A stretch of 13,486 nt of DNA from Candidatus Xenobia bacterium (GCA_045863235.1 BTUM01000131.1:1-13486), one strand, 5' to 3'. Numbered from the stretch's first letter, positions 1 through 9,101 are shown. The notes: a model not told the origin generated them from the letters alone. A program made the numbers and translations.

Positions 1-4
1 GGCT

Positions 5-126
5 CCGTCTCGCGGGCGGATCATGATCCGCTTCCGAGCCCGATCACGACGAACGCGTGTTCCGGGCGCCGTCTCGCGGGCGGATCATGATCCGCTTCCG
101 AGCCCGATCACGACGAACGCGTGTTC
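5..126. repeat. Tandem pair of identical 58-bp palindromic REP-like repeats (5-62 and 69-126, period 64 bp)
   Basis: CCGTCTCGCGGGCGGATCATGATCCGCTTCCGAGCCCGATCACGACGAACGCGTGTTC occurs twice. It contains the perfect 16-bp palindrome GCGGATCATGATCCGC (16-31, 80-95) and the near-palindrome GAACGCGTGTTC. Confidence 0.9.
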
Positions 127-1412
127 TGAGGGACAGCCCCGGGAAGCCGCGCGGCGACACGGGCGGCCTCCGTCTGGCCTGCAGGGGGGGCATTGCGCGC
201 CATGCTCAGGCGGCGCTCTCCGAACAGACCGCCCCGGTCGTTGAACACGAAGTCCAGGCCGGGAGCGTTCCAGTCGGTCTTGCCGCTGGAGGGATCCTTG
301 CGCACCTCAAGGCTCTGCACGCCTCCCAGCTGGCAGGCGGCGGTGAACATGGTGGTGGTGAAGTTGCCCAGCGAGTACACCACCAGCGCCTTGCGGGGCT
401 GACCGCTGTCATCTTGCACGGTGGCGTTCTCGGCCAGGGGACGGGCCTCGGGGGGCAGCTCTTGCTCGGCTCCGTTGACGAACAGCACCTCGGAGGGCTG
501 GGGCACGTGGGAGTGGCTCCCCAGCAGAACGTCCGCCCCCAGCGCCACGATCTCGCGGGCCACCTGCATCTGCTCGGGGGTGGGATAGCCCTCGAACTCG
601 TGGCCCCAGTGCAGGCTCACGATCTTGAAGTCGACCCGGTCCTCTCGCATGGCCTCGAGGGCGGCCTTCAGCTCGCCCAGTTGAGGCTGCTCGGGCACGG
701 GAGCCAGCCCTTTGAGGAGGTTGAGCCGAAAGCCCTCGGGTCGCTCGGCGGAGGGGTCGTTCAGCCCGAAGGTGGCCGCGTAGAAGCCGAACTTGATGCC
801 GTTTCGCTCGAAGGTCACGTAGGGCCGGTCGGAGGGCTCGCCCATGCCTGACTGCAGGATGCCCTCCTCGGCCAGGAAGTCCAGCGTGGCCCGGGCTCCC
901 TCCACTCCCTGATCGAGCGAGTGGTTGTTGGCGGTCGACAGGGCTGTAAACAGGCTCTTGCCGTCCTCGCGGCGGAAGGTGGTGAGCAGCTCGGGTGGAG
1001 CGTTGAAGTGGGCGACGTCAGGCAGAAACCACGGAACCCGGTGGGCGCGCGAGATGGGGGTCTCCAGGTTGCCCAGCACCAGGTCGTGCCGACCCAGGTG
1101 GTCGCGCACGTCGGCTTGCACGAAGCTCGACCAGCTGTCGCGCACCCACATCAGGTCGCCCACCATGGCCAGAGAAGCCTTCAGCGGCCCCTCCAGGGGC
1201 GTGGCCAGGAAGGTGAAGAGCTTCTGCTGGCGGGCAAAGTGCTCCACTGACTCGACCGGGGCGGTGTCCTTCTTGAAGGCGTACTTGCGCAGGTAGCTCC
1301 CGGCGTGGGGCAGCGATTCGGAGAGCGAGCGGCCCTCGGCTCGGAACAGGGTATAGTCCGGTGTTTTCTCCGGGCGATAGGAGTAGGGGAACGGCCGCTG
1401 GGTGACCCGCAT
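108..1412 (-). CDS. CapA/PgsA (PGA_cap) family metallophosphoesterase-fold protein
   Basis: 434-aa ORF with CapA-family motifs MVGDLM, GNLETP, LSTANNHSLDQG, SLHWGHE, GSHSHVPQ and YSLGNF. No clear signal peptide. The stop codon lies inside repeat copy 2. Confidence 0.9.
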   Translation of the reverse strand: MRVTQRPFPYSYRPEKTPDYTLFRAEGRSLSESLPHAGSYLRKYAFKKDTAPVESVEHFARQQKLFTFLATPLEGPLKASLAMVGDLMWVRDSWSSFVQADVRDHLGRHDLVLGNLETPISRAHRVPWFLPDVAHFNAPPELLTTFRREDGKSLFTALSTANNHSLDQGVEGARATLDFLAEEGILQSGMGEPSDRPYVTFERNGIKFGFYAATFGLNDPSAERPEGFRLNLLKGLAPVPEQPQLGELKAALEAMREDRVDFKIVSLHWGHEFEGYPTPEQMQVAREIVALGADVLLGSHSHVPQPSEVLFVNGAEQELPPEARPLAENATVQDDSGQPRKALVVYSLGNFTTTMFTAACQLGGVQSLEVRKDPSSGKTDWNAPGLDFVFNDRGGLFGERRLSMARNAPPAGQTEAARVAARLPGAVPQNTRSS

Positions 1413-1420
1413 ATACGGTC

Positions 1421-1454
1421 AGCATAGCTTGCGATGGCTGAAAGGGGGCTGAAA
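1421..1454 (-). promoter_or_regulatory. Direct-repeat activator box plus -10 element upstream of the capA-like gene (site A), probably giving a leaderless mRNA
   Basis: The minus strand reads TTTCAG-ccccc-TTTCAG-N11-TATGCT-N8-ATG, with no Shine-Dalgarno before the ATG. Confidence 0.6.
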
Positions 1455-1478
1455 GGGGCTTGCGGAAAATGGAGCATG

Positions 1479-1946
1479 ATGCGAGTCCGCGCCTCGTTCT
1501 GGTGGAGTCTGGCTTTGCTCGTGTTGGTGACCCTGACTTTGAAATCGGAAGGGGTCCGCAAGTGGAGCTATCGCGCTCCAGCCCGGGCGCCCTGGCCGCA
1601 ATCAAGAAATCTTCACAACTCGATGAGCTACCGCAAATGGCTTGTCTACACGATTCTGCCTCAGACGCGCCGAGTGCTCGAGGATTCGGAACGTCTCATG
1701 AGCGCTGCTCCGACGGACTCGAGGGCCGCCCTGCTGGCGGAGGTTCGCAGGCTGCGCCGCGAGGTTCTGGACCGTTACCCTCCGACCACGTTGCAAAGGC
1801 AGTGGGCGATGGACTTGCTCCGGGTTTACGAGGACCTGGCATGGCTGCTCATCGATCTGGAGAAGGGCACCTCTAGCGATGCCCGGGCGCGCTTAGACCG
1901 CGCCCGTGCTCGCTTTCACAACGTGGAGCAGAGCAACCGTCTTTGA
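1479..1946 (+). CDS. Hypothetical protein with N-terminal hydrophobic segment (membrane anchor or signal peptide)
   Basis: Part of ORF 1434-1946. GGAG at 1471-1474 favours ATG 1479 (1476 is possible). FWWSLALLVLVTLTL is hydrophobic and the rest looks alpha-helical. Fills the gap between two clear genes; no recognisable family. Confidence 0.55.
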   Translation: MRVRASFWWSLALLVLVTLTLKSEGVRKWSYRAPARAPWPQSRNLHNSMSYRKWLVYTILPQTRRVLEDSERLMSAAPTDSRAALLAEVRRLRREVLDRYPPTTLQRQWAMDLLRVYEDLAWLLIDLEKGTSSDARARLDRARARFHNVEQSNRL

Positions 1947-1974
1947 GCTGCCTTTCAGCTTCCTGCTCTAACCT
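1942..1974 (+). promoter_or_regulatory. Direct-repeat activator box plus -10 element upstream of the peptidase gene (site D)
   Basis: TTTGAG-ctgcc-TTTCAG-N10-TAACCT, followed by RBS GGAGG (1988-1992) and GTG 2001. Confidence 0.55.
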
Positions 1975-2000
1975 GGCCCAAACCGACGGAGGCATCCACA

Positions 2001-3395
2001 GTGCGCAAACTGCTCCTTGTTGTCCTGGTCTCTTTGCTGGCTGGCTGCGGCGACGACGCCGCACCGATCGTGGTCAATCCACCCCCGGTTGTCGCTCCCC
2101 GAGTGACGGGAGCGGACGCGTTGACCCCGGAACAGGAGGCCCTTCTGCCGGCCGCCCTCGATCCCGACCTGCTGCAGGGACGACAGGGCCGGGTGCTGGC
2201 CCTTCCCCCCGCGGCCCAGGTCAGCCTGGTGCCTCCGGTACAGGACCAGGGTCAGGTCCCGTCCTGCATGGCCTTCTCCTTCGGCTATGCCGCCGGAACC
2301 CAGGCTGCCGCTCGGTCCAGCCTCAACCCCGTCAACCCGGCCTCCAGCTCCGACCAGGCCAGCCCGGCCTGGCTCTACAAGAGCGCTCTCACGATTGAGA
2401 AGGACTCGGGCTGCACGGGCACCTATGCGACCAGCTACTTCTCGACCCTCATGGGGCAGGGGGCCCCGGCGCTCGCGGCCGTGCCCTACCCCGACCCGAG
2501 CCAGGCCGAGAGCGTCGTGTGCAGAGCCCTCGAGGCCATCAATCTGAGCACACCGGTCACCCCGGTGGTTTTCATCGGGGGGTACCAGCAGCTCAAAGGC
2601 ACCTCCGACCAGCAGCTGCGAGCCCAGATCAAGGCCCAGCTGGCCAGCGGGGCGAGCGTAGCCTTCACCACCTTGCTGGTGGACGGATTCTATGATTTCG
2701 CCGGCTCGGGCGTCTTCTCGGGGAGCAACGGGCCCAACCGCATCCTGCCCAACACCGGTCACGGCATGGTCATCATCGGCTATGACGACACGATGACCTT
2801 CACCTATCCGGTCACCGGTAAACAGGGCACCGGGGCGTTCTTGATCCAGAACAGCTGGGGCACCGGCTGGGGCAATCAGGGCCAGGCCTGGATTGCCTAC
2901 GACACCTGGTACAACGGGGTCAATGCCTACGGTGGCGAGTGCTTCGTCATGAGCCCGGTCAGCTCCGAACCGGTCCAATCGACGGGCTCGGTGCTGACGG
3001 CCAGCTCGTCGGCGGCCCCGGCCGGGCAGATCTCCAGGGCCTTCCAGGTCTCCGAGGACGAGGATACCACGCACCTGGTCCTCTTTCCGAGCTTCGGCGC
3101 TCCCCTGCAGCTCGACAGCCTGGAGCTCACCTCCCCCGGCGGCGTGACGGTGCGCCAGAGCTTTCAGGACTTGCTGGTGCGCTCTGGTTACCTGTACTTT
3201 CGGCGCGACGAGGTGGCTCAGTTCGTGGCGGGAGTCTACCAGGTGACGTTGCGCGGGCGAAACGGCGCGGAACCGGTCAGCTACCAGGGAACCATCCTGA
3301 TCGAGCCGCTGGCTGGCTCAGCTCTTCCTCAGCTCGACCTGGACGGCCTCAACGAGGTCGGGAGCACGGGTCAGGGGCTGGAAGTGGTCCCCTGA
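2001..3395 (+). CDS. Papain-like cysteine peptidase (family C1) lipoprotein with an unassigned C-terminal beta-rich domain
   Basis: Signal peptide with lipobox LLAG-C and a Pro-rich linker. Catalytic motifs QDQGQVPSC (oxyanion Gln, Cys), GHGMVIIGYDD (His) and FLIQNSWGTGWGNQG (Asn). RBS GGAGG lies 8 nt upstream of the GTG. Confidence 0.92.
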   Translation: MRKLLLVVLVSLLAGCGDDAAPIVVNPPPVVAPRVTGADALTPEQEALLPAALDPDLLQGRQGRVLALPPAAQVSLVPPVQDQGQVPSCMAFSFGYAAGTQAAARSSLNPVNPASSSDQASPAWLYKSALTIEKDSGCTGTYATSYFSTLMGQGAPALAAVPYPDPSQAESVVCRALEAINLSTPVTPVVFIGGYQQLKGTSDQQLRAQIKAQLASGASVAFTTLLVDGFYDFAGSGVFSGSNGPNRILPNTGHGMVIIGYDDTMTFTYPVTGKQGTGAFLIQNSWGTGWGNQGQAWIAYDTWYNGVNAYGGECFVMSPVSSEPVQSTGSVLTASSSAAPAGQISRAFQVSEDEDTTHLVLFPSFGAPLQLDSLELTSPGGVTVRQSFQDLLVRSGYLYFRRDEVAQFVAGVYQVTLRGRNGAEPVSYQGTILIEPLAGSALPQLDLDGLNEVGSTGQGLEVVP

Positions 3396-4225
3396 CAGGG
3401 CCCCAGCTGCTCGATCTGATACCCTTGCGGGTAGGTCGGTCGGACCATCCCCGTGCGCAAGCGCGCCGTACGACGTGGAGGAAAAAAGCGCAGGGCCAGA
3501 GCCCGCAGCTTGAGGGCTGCCACAGCCATGAAGCGCAATAAGCGGGGGGCGGAGGGAAAGCCGAAAGCACGTAGCAGCGGCTCGTCCATCAGGGCGTAGA
3601 TGCCCAGGCGCGTCAGCTCGCGGGGCAGGTAGGGGAACCAGGAGACGAACAGCTCGCGCGTGGCCGAGCCCACCCGTTGGTTGGCCGGTGTGTAGCGGAA
3701 ATGCTGGGCCTCGTAATCGCGATTGAACCGATCATAAGCCTCCAGGCTCGAGGGAATGTCGCGGATCCCCATGCGAGTGCCCACCTCACGCCAGAACACG
3801 TAGTAGGCCTGTTTCTCCTGCTCGCAGAGGGGGCGCCACCCGAATCGCGCGTTCCAGCGGATCGGCTCGAGGATGAAGGTGGACAGCACGTACAGGTAGT
3901 CGGGGTTGGAGATCCGGAAGCGCCCGTGGATCTGGTTCATCCGCTTGAGTGCCCGGCGCCCGCGCTCGGAGTCGTAGCCGTGCTCGACCATCTCGCTCAC
4001 GATCAGGTCGGTGTCATCGTAGCGCTTGCGCGTGCGCTGGCAGAACTCCCCGGTCTGGTCGAGCAAGCTGGCGATACCGGGCACCCCGAAGGTGCGAAAG
4101 AGCGCCAGCTCCAGGGCCCGGGTGGTATCCCAGGGGAAGTCCCAGCAGGTGCTCAGGTGCATGATGCGCTGGTGGTCATGCTCGGGGTCGAGGCGGCGGA
4201 TCTGCTCCAGGATGTCGTAACGCAT
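3371..4225 (-). CDS. DUF2236 / MpaB-like / Lcp-like heme-dependent oxygenase family protein
   Basis: Motifs ALFRTFGVPGIASLLDQTGEF, KRYDDTDL, MNQIHGRFRISNPDYLYVLSTF and FWREVGTRMGIRDIP are typical of this family. ATG 4225 (MRYDILEQ) is preferred over 4294, which collides with the divergent gene's start. Confidence 0.82.
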   Translation of the reverse strand: MRYDILEQIRRLDPEHDHQRIMHLSTCWDFPWDTTRALELALFRTFGVPGIASLLDQTGEFCQRTRKRYDDTDLIVSEMVEHGYDSERGRRALKRMNQIHGRFRISNPDYLYVLSTFILEPIRWNARFGWRPLCEQEKQAYYVFWREVGTRMGIRDIPSSLEAYDRFNRDYEAQHFRYTPANQRVGSATRELFVSWFPYLPRELTRLGIYALMDEPLLRAFGFPSAPRLLRFMAVAALKLRALALRFFPPRRTARLRTGMVRPTYPQGYQIEQLGPCQGTTSSP

Positions 4226-4292
4226 GCTGGCATGGCGCTTCGGCTGACCCCGGGCAGGCCCTTCCGCGGCCAAGCGCAAAGGCTGCCCGAGC

Positions 4293-7200
4293 ATGACTGA
4301 GCTTCGCCTGCTGGACGAGCTGGGCCGGGGCGCCCGCGGGGTCGTCTACCGAGCCCACGCCCACGGCCTGGCCGTGGCCGTGAAGCGCCCCCTGGACGAC
4401 AGCCCCGAGGCCTGGCGGCGCTTTCGGCGCGAGGGGGCGCTGCTGGCCAGCGTGAATCACCCGGCCATCCCCCGCGTGCTCGAGCTGGGCCAGTCGGAGG
4501 ACGGTCGTCCCTACCTGGTCACCGAGCTGCTCGAGGGAACCACCCTGGCCGAAGAGATCAGCCGGGGCCCCATGCGAGAGCTGCCCTGGCTGCCCTCGCT
4601 GGTGGGCGCGCTCGAGGCCATGCATCGGCGCGGGCTGGTGCACCGCGATCTCAAGCCGGCCAACATCCTGCTCAGCGGCAGCACGGCCCGGCTGATCGAC
4701 TTCGGCCTGGTCACCCGGGTCGAGAGCTCCGAAGCTGCCGCTGGCACGCTGCTCTACGCCGCGCCCGAGCAGTCCGGCGCGCTCAAGCGCCCGGTCGATC
4801 CGCGCTCTGATCTGTACTCGCTCGGCGTCGTGCTCTTCGAATGCCTGTCCGGGCGGCCTCCGTTCACCTCGGCAGATCCCGGCGAGCTGATTCGCCAGCA
4901 CCTGGTGCTGGTGCCGCCCGAGCTCAAGGCTCCCCCGGCCCTGGCCGCCATCGTAGCCCGCCTGCTGCGCAAGGACCCCGACGAGCGCTACCCCTCGGCC
5001 AGCTCCTTGCTGCAAGACCTCGAGCGGCTCCCTCAGCTCGAAGCGGAGCTGGCCAACGGGCAGCCGATCGAGCTGGCCCGGCCCGTCCCTCTTCCTCTCG
5101 ACCCGCTGGTGGGACGCCAGCCAGCCCTGCAGACGCTCTGCGAGCGGTGGCAGAGAGTGCGTCAGGGTGCGGGCGGCGCTCTGCTCCTGCTGGGCCCCAG
5201 CGGCTCGGGCAAGAGCCGGCTGGTGCGCGAGCTCTTGAGCGCGGTGCCGGGCTTTCTGGGCACCTGCCCTCACGAGCAGTCCCCGTTCCAACCGCTGCGC
5301 CAGGCTCTCGAGCAGGGACCGCTCGATGCCAGAAGAGCCCGGCGCGCGGCCGGCACCGGCGCGGCCACGCTGGCCGGCTTCACCCCCGTGCTGGACTCTT
5401 GCCTGCACGTGCCTCCAACCGAGAGCTCTCCGGAGCTGAGCCACGCCCTGGCCGGCTGGTGGATCCGACTGGCCGAGCAAGAGCCGGTGCTCCTGGTGCT
5501 GGAGGATCTGCACTGGGTCGATCCGGCTACCCTGGACGTGCTGCTGCGATTGGCTCAGGAGCTGCACCGCGCCCCTCTCTTCTTGCTGGCCACCAGCCGC
5601 CTGCCGATGAATCCTGCGGTCGAGCGGCTGGGGGCCGAGCTACCCGGCGGCGACTGGGACACCGTGAGGCTCGAGGAGCTTCAACGCGCCGAGCTGGCCG
5701 AGCTGGCCGCCGGGGTGCTGGGCGCGGGCGAGCTGGATGCGGCGCTGCTCGATCAGCTCGAGCAGCGCACCGATCGTACCCCGCTGGGGGCGCGCGAGTT
5801 CCTGCGGGCGGCCCTCGACCAGGGCGCCCTGGTGCCCCGCTGGGGGCGCTGGGAGTGCGACCGCGAGGCCCTGGCCCGCCTCGAGCTGCCTTCCAACCTC
5901 GTCGAGCTGATGCTGGTGCGCCTGGGACAGCTCGACCCGGAGCACCAGAAGGTGCTGGGCCATGCCGCTCTGCTCGGCCTGAGCTTCGATCCCCGGCCTC
6001 TGGAAGAGCTCTTTCATGAGACCGCGCGCGAGGCTCTGGCAGCGGCTCGGATGCTCCAGCTGGTGGAGGAGCACTGCTTCGTGCACGACCGCATCCGCGA
6101 GGCAGCCAGCTCGCTGGTGACCGACCGGAGCTGGGCCAGCCTCTCCCTGGCCCAGGTCCTCGAGCCCACCGCCACCAGCCTGGAGGACTGGTACCGCGTG
6201 GCTCGCCTCTACGCCGAGAGCAACGCTCCCCAGCCCTTCATCGACCGCAGCCATCGCCAGGCCGGCCTGCTGGCCCTGCGCAGCCACGCCTACGAGGCCG
6301 CTTACCAGATGCTCGAGCGGGTGAGCCAGCCCGACGTGGAGCTCCTGGAGGCCCTGGGAGAGGCGGCCCACCTCACCCGTCGGCGCACCCGGGCCCTGGA
6401 AGTCTACGCCCGGGCGCTGGAGCGGGTGGGTGATCCCCTGCGCCGCGCCCACCTGCGCCTCTCGCGCTGCGAGGTAGCCATGACGACCCACGACTGGAGC
6501 GCCATGCTTCCCGAGGCCACCCGGGCTCTGCAAGAGGCCGGAGCTCGCGTCCCGGGCGGTCCGCTGGGGCTGGCCCGGGCTCTGGTGGGGCTGGCCGGCT
6601 GGGCGATGAGCGAGCGGATCCCTCTGCCCCCGGCGACCGGTGCCGAGCGCGAGCGCCACCGCCTGCTGGCCCGCCTTTACGAGTGCACGGCGCGGGCCAG
6701 CTTCTTTACTCGCGACGTGCCGGTGGTGCTCGACAGCTGCTTTACGGGGGCCCAGCACGCCCTGCGCCTGGGTCCGAGCCGCGAGTGCGTCTCGGTCTAC
6801 TGCCTCTTTGTGGCCATCACGGCCTTCCTCTCCCAGCACCTACTGGCTCTGCGCTACGCCGCCAAAGCCGAGAAGGCGGCCCGCGAGTCGGGCGATCCGG
6901 TGGCCGTGGCCCGGGCCGGAGCCTTCAGCGGGCTGGCCCACTTCTTCGGAGGCCGGGTGCAGGAAGGCGAGCGCGTCCTGACGCGCCTGTTGATCGAGCA
7001 GGAGTGCTGGCTCACCCCCGCCGACCACGGCATCGCCATCATGGTCTTGCTGGTGGCGCTCATGACCCGGGGTCGCTACCTGGAGGCGACCGGCTGGATC
7101 GACCGCTTCGAGCAGCGCCGCCGGCTGGTGGATCCCGATCTACCCCGCTCGCTCCCGCTCTTGTGCGTTCGCGTGCTGGCCGAGAGCTCGCTGGGCCGTC

Positions 7201-9101
7201 CGGCCGAGGCTCTGGAGGAGCTCTTGCGCCGCCAGGGTGAGGCCACTCCCAATCTGCAGGCCCTGGTGTTGGGCTCGCACCTTCTGGCTCTGGGTCAGAT
7301 GGGCGACCTGGCCACCATCAGGCAGCTGCTGGCCGCTCAGGATGCCCTGCCCCGTGCGCAGGGCTGGCACATGCGGGCCGCCTACCTGGGCCTGGCCTGG
7401 GGCCGCCGCACCCTGCTCCTGGCCAGCGAGAAGCCCTCCGAGCCGGAGCTGCGGGCCTTCGAGCGCTCGGTGGACGATCTGCGCCGCATCACCCGCCATC
7501 CGGTGATGGAGTCGCACCGCTACCACATGCTGGCCACCGCCGCCCGCCTGCGCGGCCGACTCGACCGCGCCGAGCGCTGCCTGGACCAGGCTGAGCGCCT
7601 GTCGGTGCAGATCGAGAACGACCTGGCCCAGTTCGAAGTCTGGCTCGAACGGGCCCGGGTGGCCCGCCAGCGCGGCCTGCCGGTGGCCGCCCGCCGCTTT
7701 GCCCACGCCGCCCTGGAGCTGGCGCGCACGCATTCCTGGCAGCCCCGCGCCAGGACGGTGGCGCGCGAGTTCTCGCTGCTCGAGTCCACCGGCTCCACCT
7801 CATCGGGCCCGGACGTCGAGCGACTGCGCCTGGAGCGCCAGCTGGCCGCGCTGCTGGAGCTGAGCCTGGCCTCCTCGCGGGTGCTGGACGTGAGCCTCTT
7901 GATTCAGAACGTGCTCGAGCACCTGCTCAGCCTGCTGGGGGCCGAGCGAGCCTGCCTGTTCTACCTCAAGGACGGTCAGCTCGAGGAGGTGGCCGGCCGC
8001 AGCCACGACGGCAGGGTGCTCGCGCAACTCACGGGCTATTCGCGGAGCCTGGTGGAGGAGGTGGCCCGCTCGGGCCGTCCGGCCGTGGTCAATGCCGGCC
8101 AGGAGGGCCCGGTGGACAGCTCGGCCAGCATCGAGCTGCACGGCCTCAAGAGCATGCTGGCGGCGCCTCTTTTGTTGCGCGAGGAGCCGGTGGGCGTGCT
8201 TTACCTGGACACGCGCCTGACCCGCGGTCTCTTCACCGCCGAGGACGCCGCCCTGCTCTCGGCCCTGGGCGGCCACATCGCGATCTCGCTCGAGACGGCT
8301 CGCAGCGCCGAGGTGGAGCTGCTCTACCAGACCGAATCGCGGCGCCGCGAGCTGGCCGAGATGGTGCGCGACCTGGGCACGGCTCTGGCCACCACGCTCC
8401 AGGAGTCTCAGGTGTGGCAGGTGCTGCAGGACTTCTTGCGCGAGCGCCTGGGGGCCTCGTCGGAGAGAGGGATCGAGGGGGTGCCGGTGGGGGAGGAGCG
8501 GCTGGCGGTCTGGCGCGAGCCGCCCCTGGACTCGACGGAGATGGATCTGGTGCGCACCTTTGCCGGCCAGGCGGCGCTGGCCCTGGAGCGCGCTCGCCTC
8601 TTCGCCGAGGTGACCCGTCTGGCCACCACCGACGGCCTGACCGGCATCGCCAACCGGCGCCACTTCTTTGTCCAGGCCGAGCGCGAGCTGAGCCTGGCCC
8701 GGCGCCACGGTGAGGCCCTCTCGGCCATCATGCTGGACGTGGATCACTTCAAGCGCTTCAACGACGAGCATGGTCACGAGGCGGGCGACGAGGTGCTGCA
8801 GGCCGTGGCGAAAGCCCTGGCCGACTCAACCCGCCGCGAGGACCTGCTCGCCCGCTACGGGGGCGAGGAGTTCGTCATGCTCTTGCCCCGCACGGCCGGC
8901 CCGGAGGCCCTGGAGGTCACCGCCGAGCGCCTGCGCAGGGCGGTGGAGGCGGTGCGGGTGCGCGGCCTGCAGGTGACCATCAGCCTGGGCGTGGCCGGGC
9001 TGAAGCCCGAGGAGGACCTGCAGCAGCTCCTGTCGCGAGCTGACGAGGCTCTGTATGCTTCCAAGCGGGGCGGTCGCAACCGCTCGACGCTGGCCGATTA
9101 G
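4293..9101 (+). CDS. Multidomain diguanylate cyclase: Hanks-type Ser/Thr kinase + AAA/STAND ATPase + TPR-like helical region + GAF + reduced GAF + GGDEF
   Basis: Kinase motifs LGRGARGVVY, AVK, HRDLKPAN, DFG, YAAPE, DLYSLG. Walker A GPSGSGKS (5193-5216) and Walker B LLVLEDLHWVD. GAF segment LKSMLAAPLLLREEPVGVLYLD. Cyclase motifs TDGLTGIANRRHF, DVDHFKRFNDEHGHEAGD, I-site RRED and GGEEF (8859-8873). Confidence 0.95.
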   Translation: MTELRLLDELGRGARGVVYRAHAHGLAVAVKRPLDDSPEAWRRFRREGALLASVNHPAIPRVLELGQSEDGRPYLVTELLEGTTLAEEISRGPMRELPWLPSLVGALEAMHRRGLVHRDLKPANILLSGSTARLIDFGLVTRVESSEAAAGTLLYAAPEQSGALKRPVDPRSDLYSLGVVLFECLSGRPPFTSADPGELIRQHLVLVPPELKAPPALAAIVARLLRKDPDERYPSASSLLQDLERLPQLEAELANGQPIELARPVPLPLDPLVGRQPALQTLCERWQRVRQGAGGALLLLGPSGSGKSRLVRELLSAVPGFLGTCPHEQSPFQPLRQALEQGPLDARRARRAAGTGAATLAGFTPVLDSCLHVPPTESSPELSHALAGWWIRLAEQEPVLLVLEDLHWVDPATLDVLLRLAQELHRAPLFLLATSRLPMNPAVERLGAELPGGDWDTVRLEELQRAELAELAAGVLGAGELDAALLDQLEQRTDRTPLGAREFLRAALDQGALVPRWGRWECDREALARLELPSNLVELMLVRLGQLDPEHQKVLGHAALLGLSFDPRPLEELFHETAREALAAARMLQLVEEHCFVHDRIREAASSLVTDRSWASLSLAQVLEPTATSLEDWYRVARLYAESNAPQPFIDRSHRQAGLLALRSHAYEAAYQMLERVSQPDVELLEALGEAAHLTRRRTRALEVYARALERVGDPLRRAHLRLSRCEVAMTTHDWSAMLPEATRALQEAGARVPGGPLGLARALVGLAGWAMSERIPLPPATGAERERHRLLARLYECTARASFFTRDVPVVLDSCFTGAQHALRLGPSRECVSVYCLFVAITAFLSQHLLALRYAAKAEKAARESGDPVAVARAGAFSGLAHFFGGRVQEGERVLTRLLIEQECWLTPADHGIAIMVLLVALMTRGRYLEATGWIDRFEQRRRLVDPDLPRSLPLLCVRVLAESSLGRPAEALEELLRRQGEATPNLQALVLGSHLLALGQMGDLATIRQLLAAQDALPRAQGWHMRAAYLGLAWGRRTLLLASEKPSEPELRAFERSVDDLRRITRHPVMESHRYHMLATAARLRGRLDRAERCLDQAERLSVQIENDLAQFEVWLERARVARQRGLPVAARRFAHAALELARTHSWQPRARTVAREFSLLESTGSTSSGPDVERLRLERQLAALLELSLASSRVLDVSLLIQNVLEHLLSLLGAERACLFYLKDGQLEEVAGRSHDGRVLAQLTGYSRSLVEEVARSGRPAVVNAGQEGPVDSSASIELHGLKSMLAAPLLLREEPVGVLYLDTRLTRGLFTAEDAALLSALGGHIAISLETARSAEVELLYQTESRRRELAEMVRDLGTALATTLQESQVWQVLQDFLRERLGASSERGIEGVPVGEERLAVWREPPLDSTEMDLVRTFAGQAALALERARLFAEVTRLATTDGLTGIANRRHFFVQAERELSLARRHGEALSAIMLDVDHFKRFNDEHGHEAGDEVLQAVAKALADSTRREDLLARYGGEEFVMLLPRTAGPEALEVTAERLRRAVEAVRVRGLQVTISLGVAGLKPEEDLQQLLSRADEALYASKRGGRNRSTLAD

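Noticed and set aside
5..126. CRISPR array
   Set aside because: The 64-bp period consists of a 58-bp identical unit and only a 6-bp linker. There are no unique spacers and no cas genes.
4251..4289. Inverted repeat CGGGCAG/CTGCCCG between the divergent oxygenase and cyclase genes
   Set aside because: Only 7 bp and GC-rich, so plausible by chance. This intergenic region also lacks the TTTCAG box.
4293..9101. Avs/NLR-type anti-phage defence system
   Set aside because: The GAF-GGDEF output and housekeeping neighbourhood fit signal transduction, and there is no nuclease or other toxic effector domain nearby.
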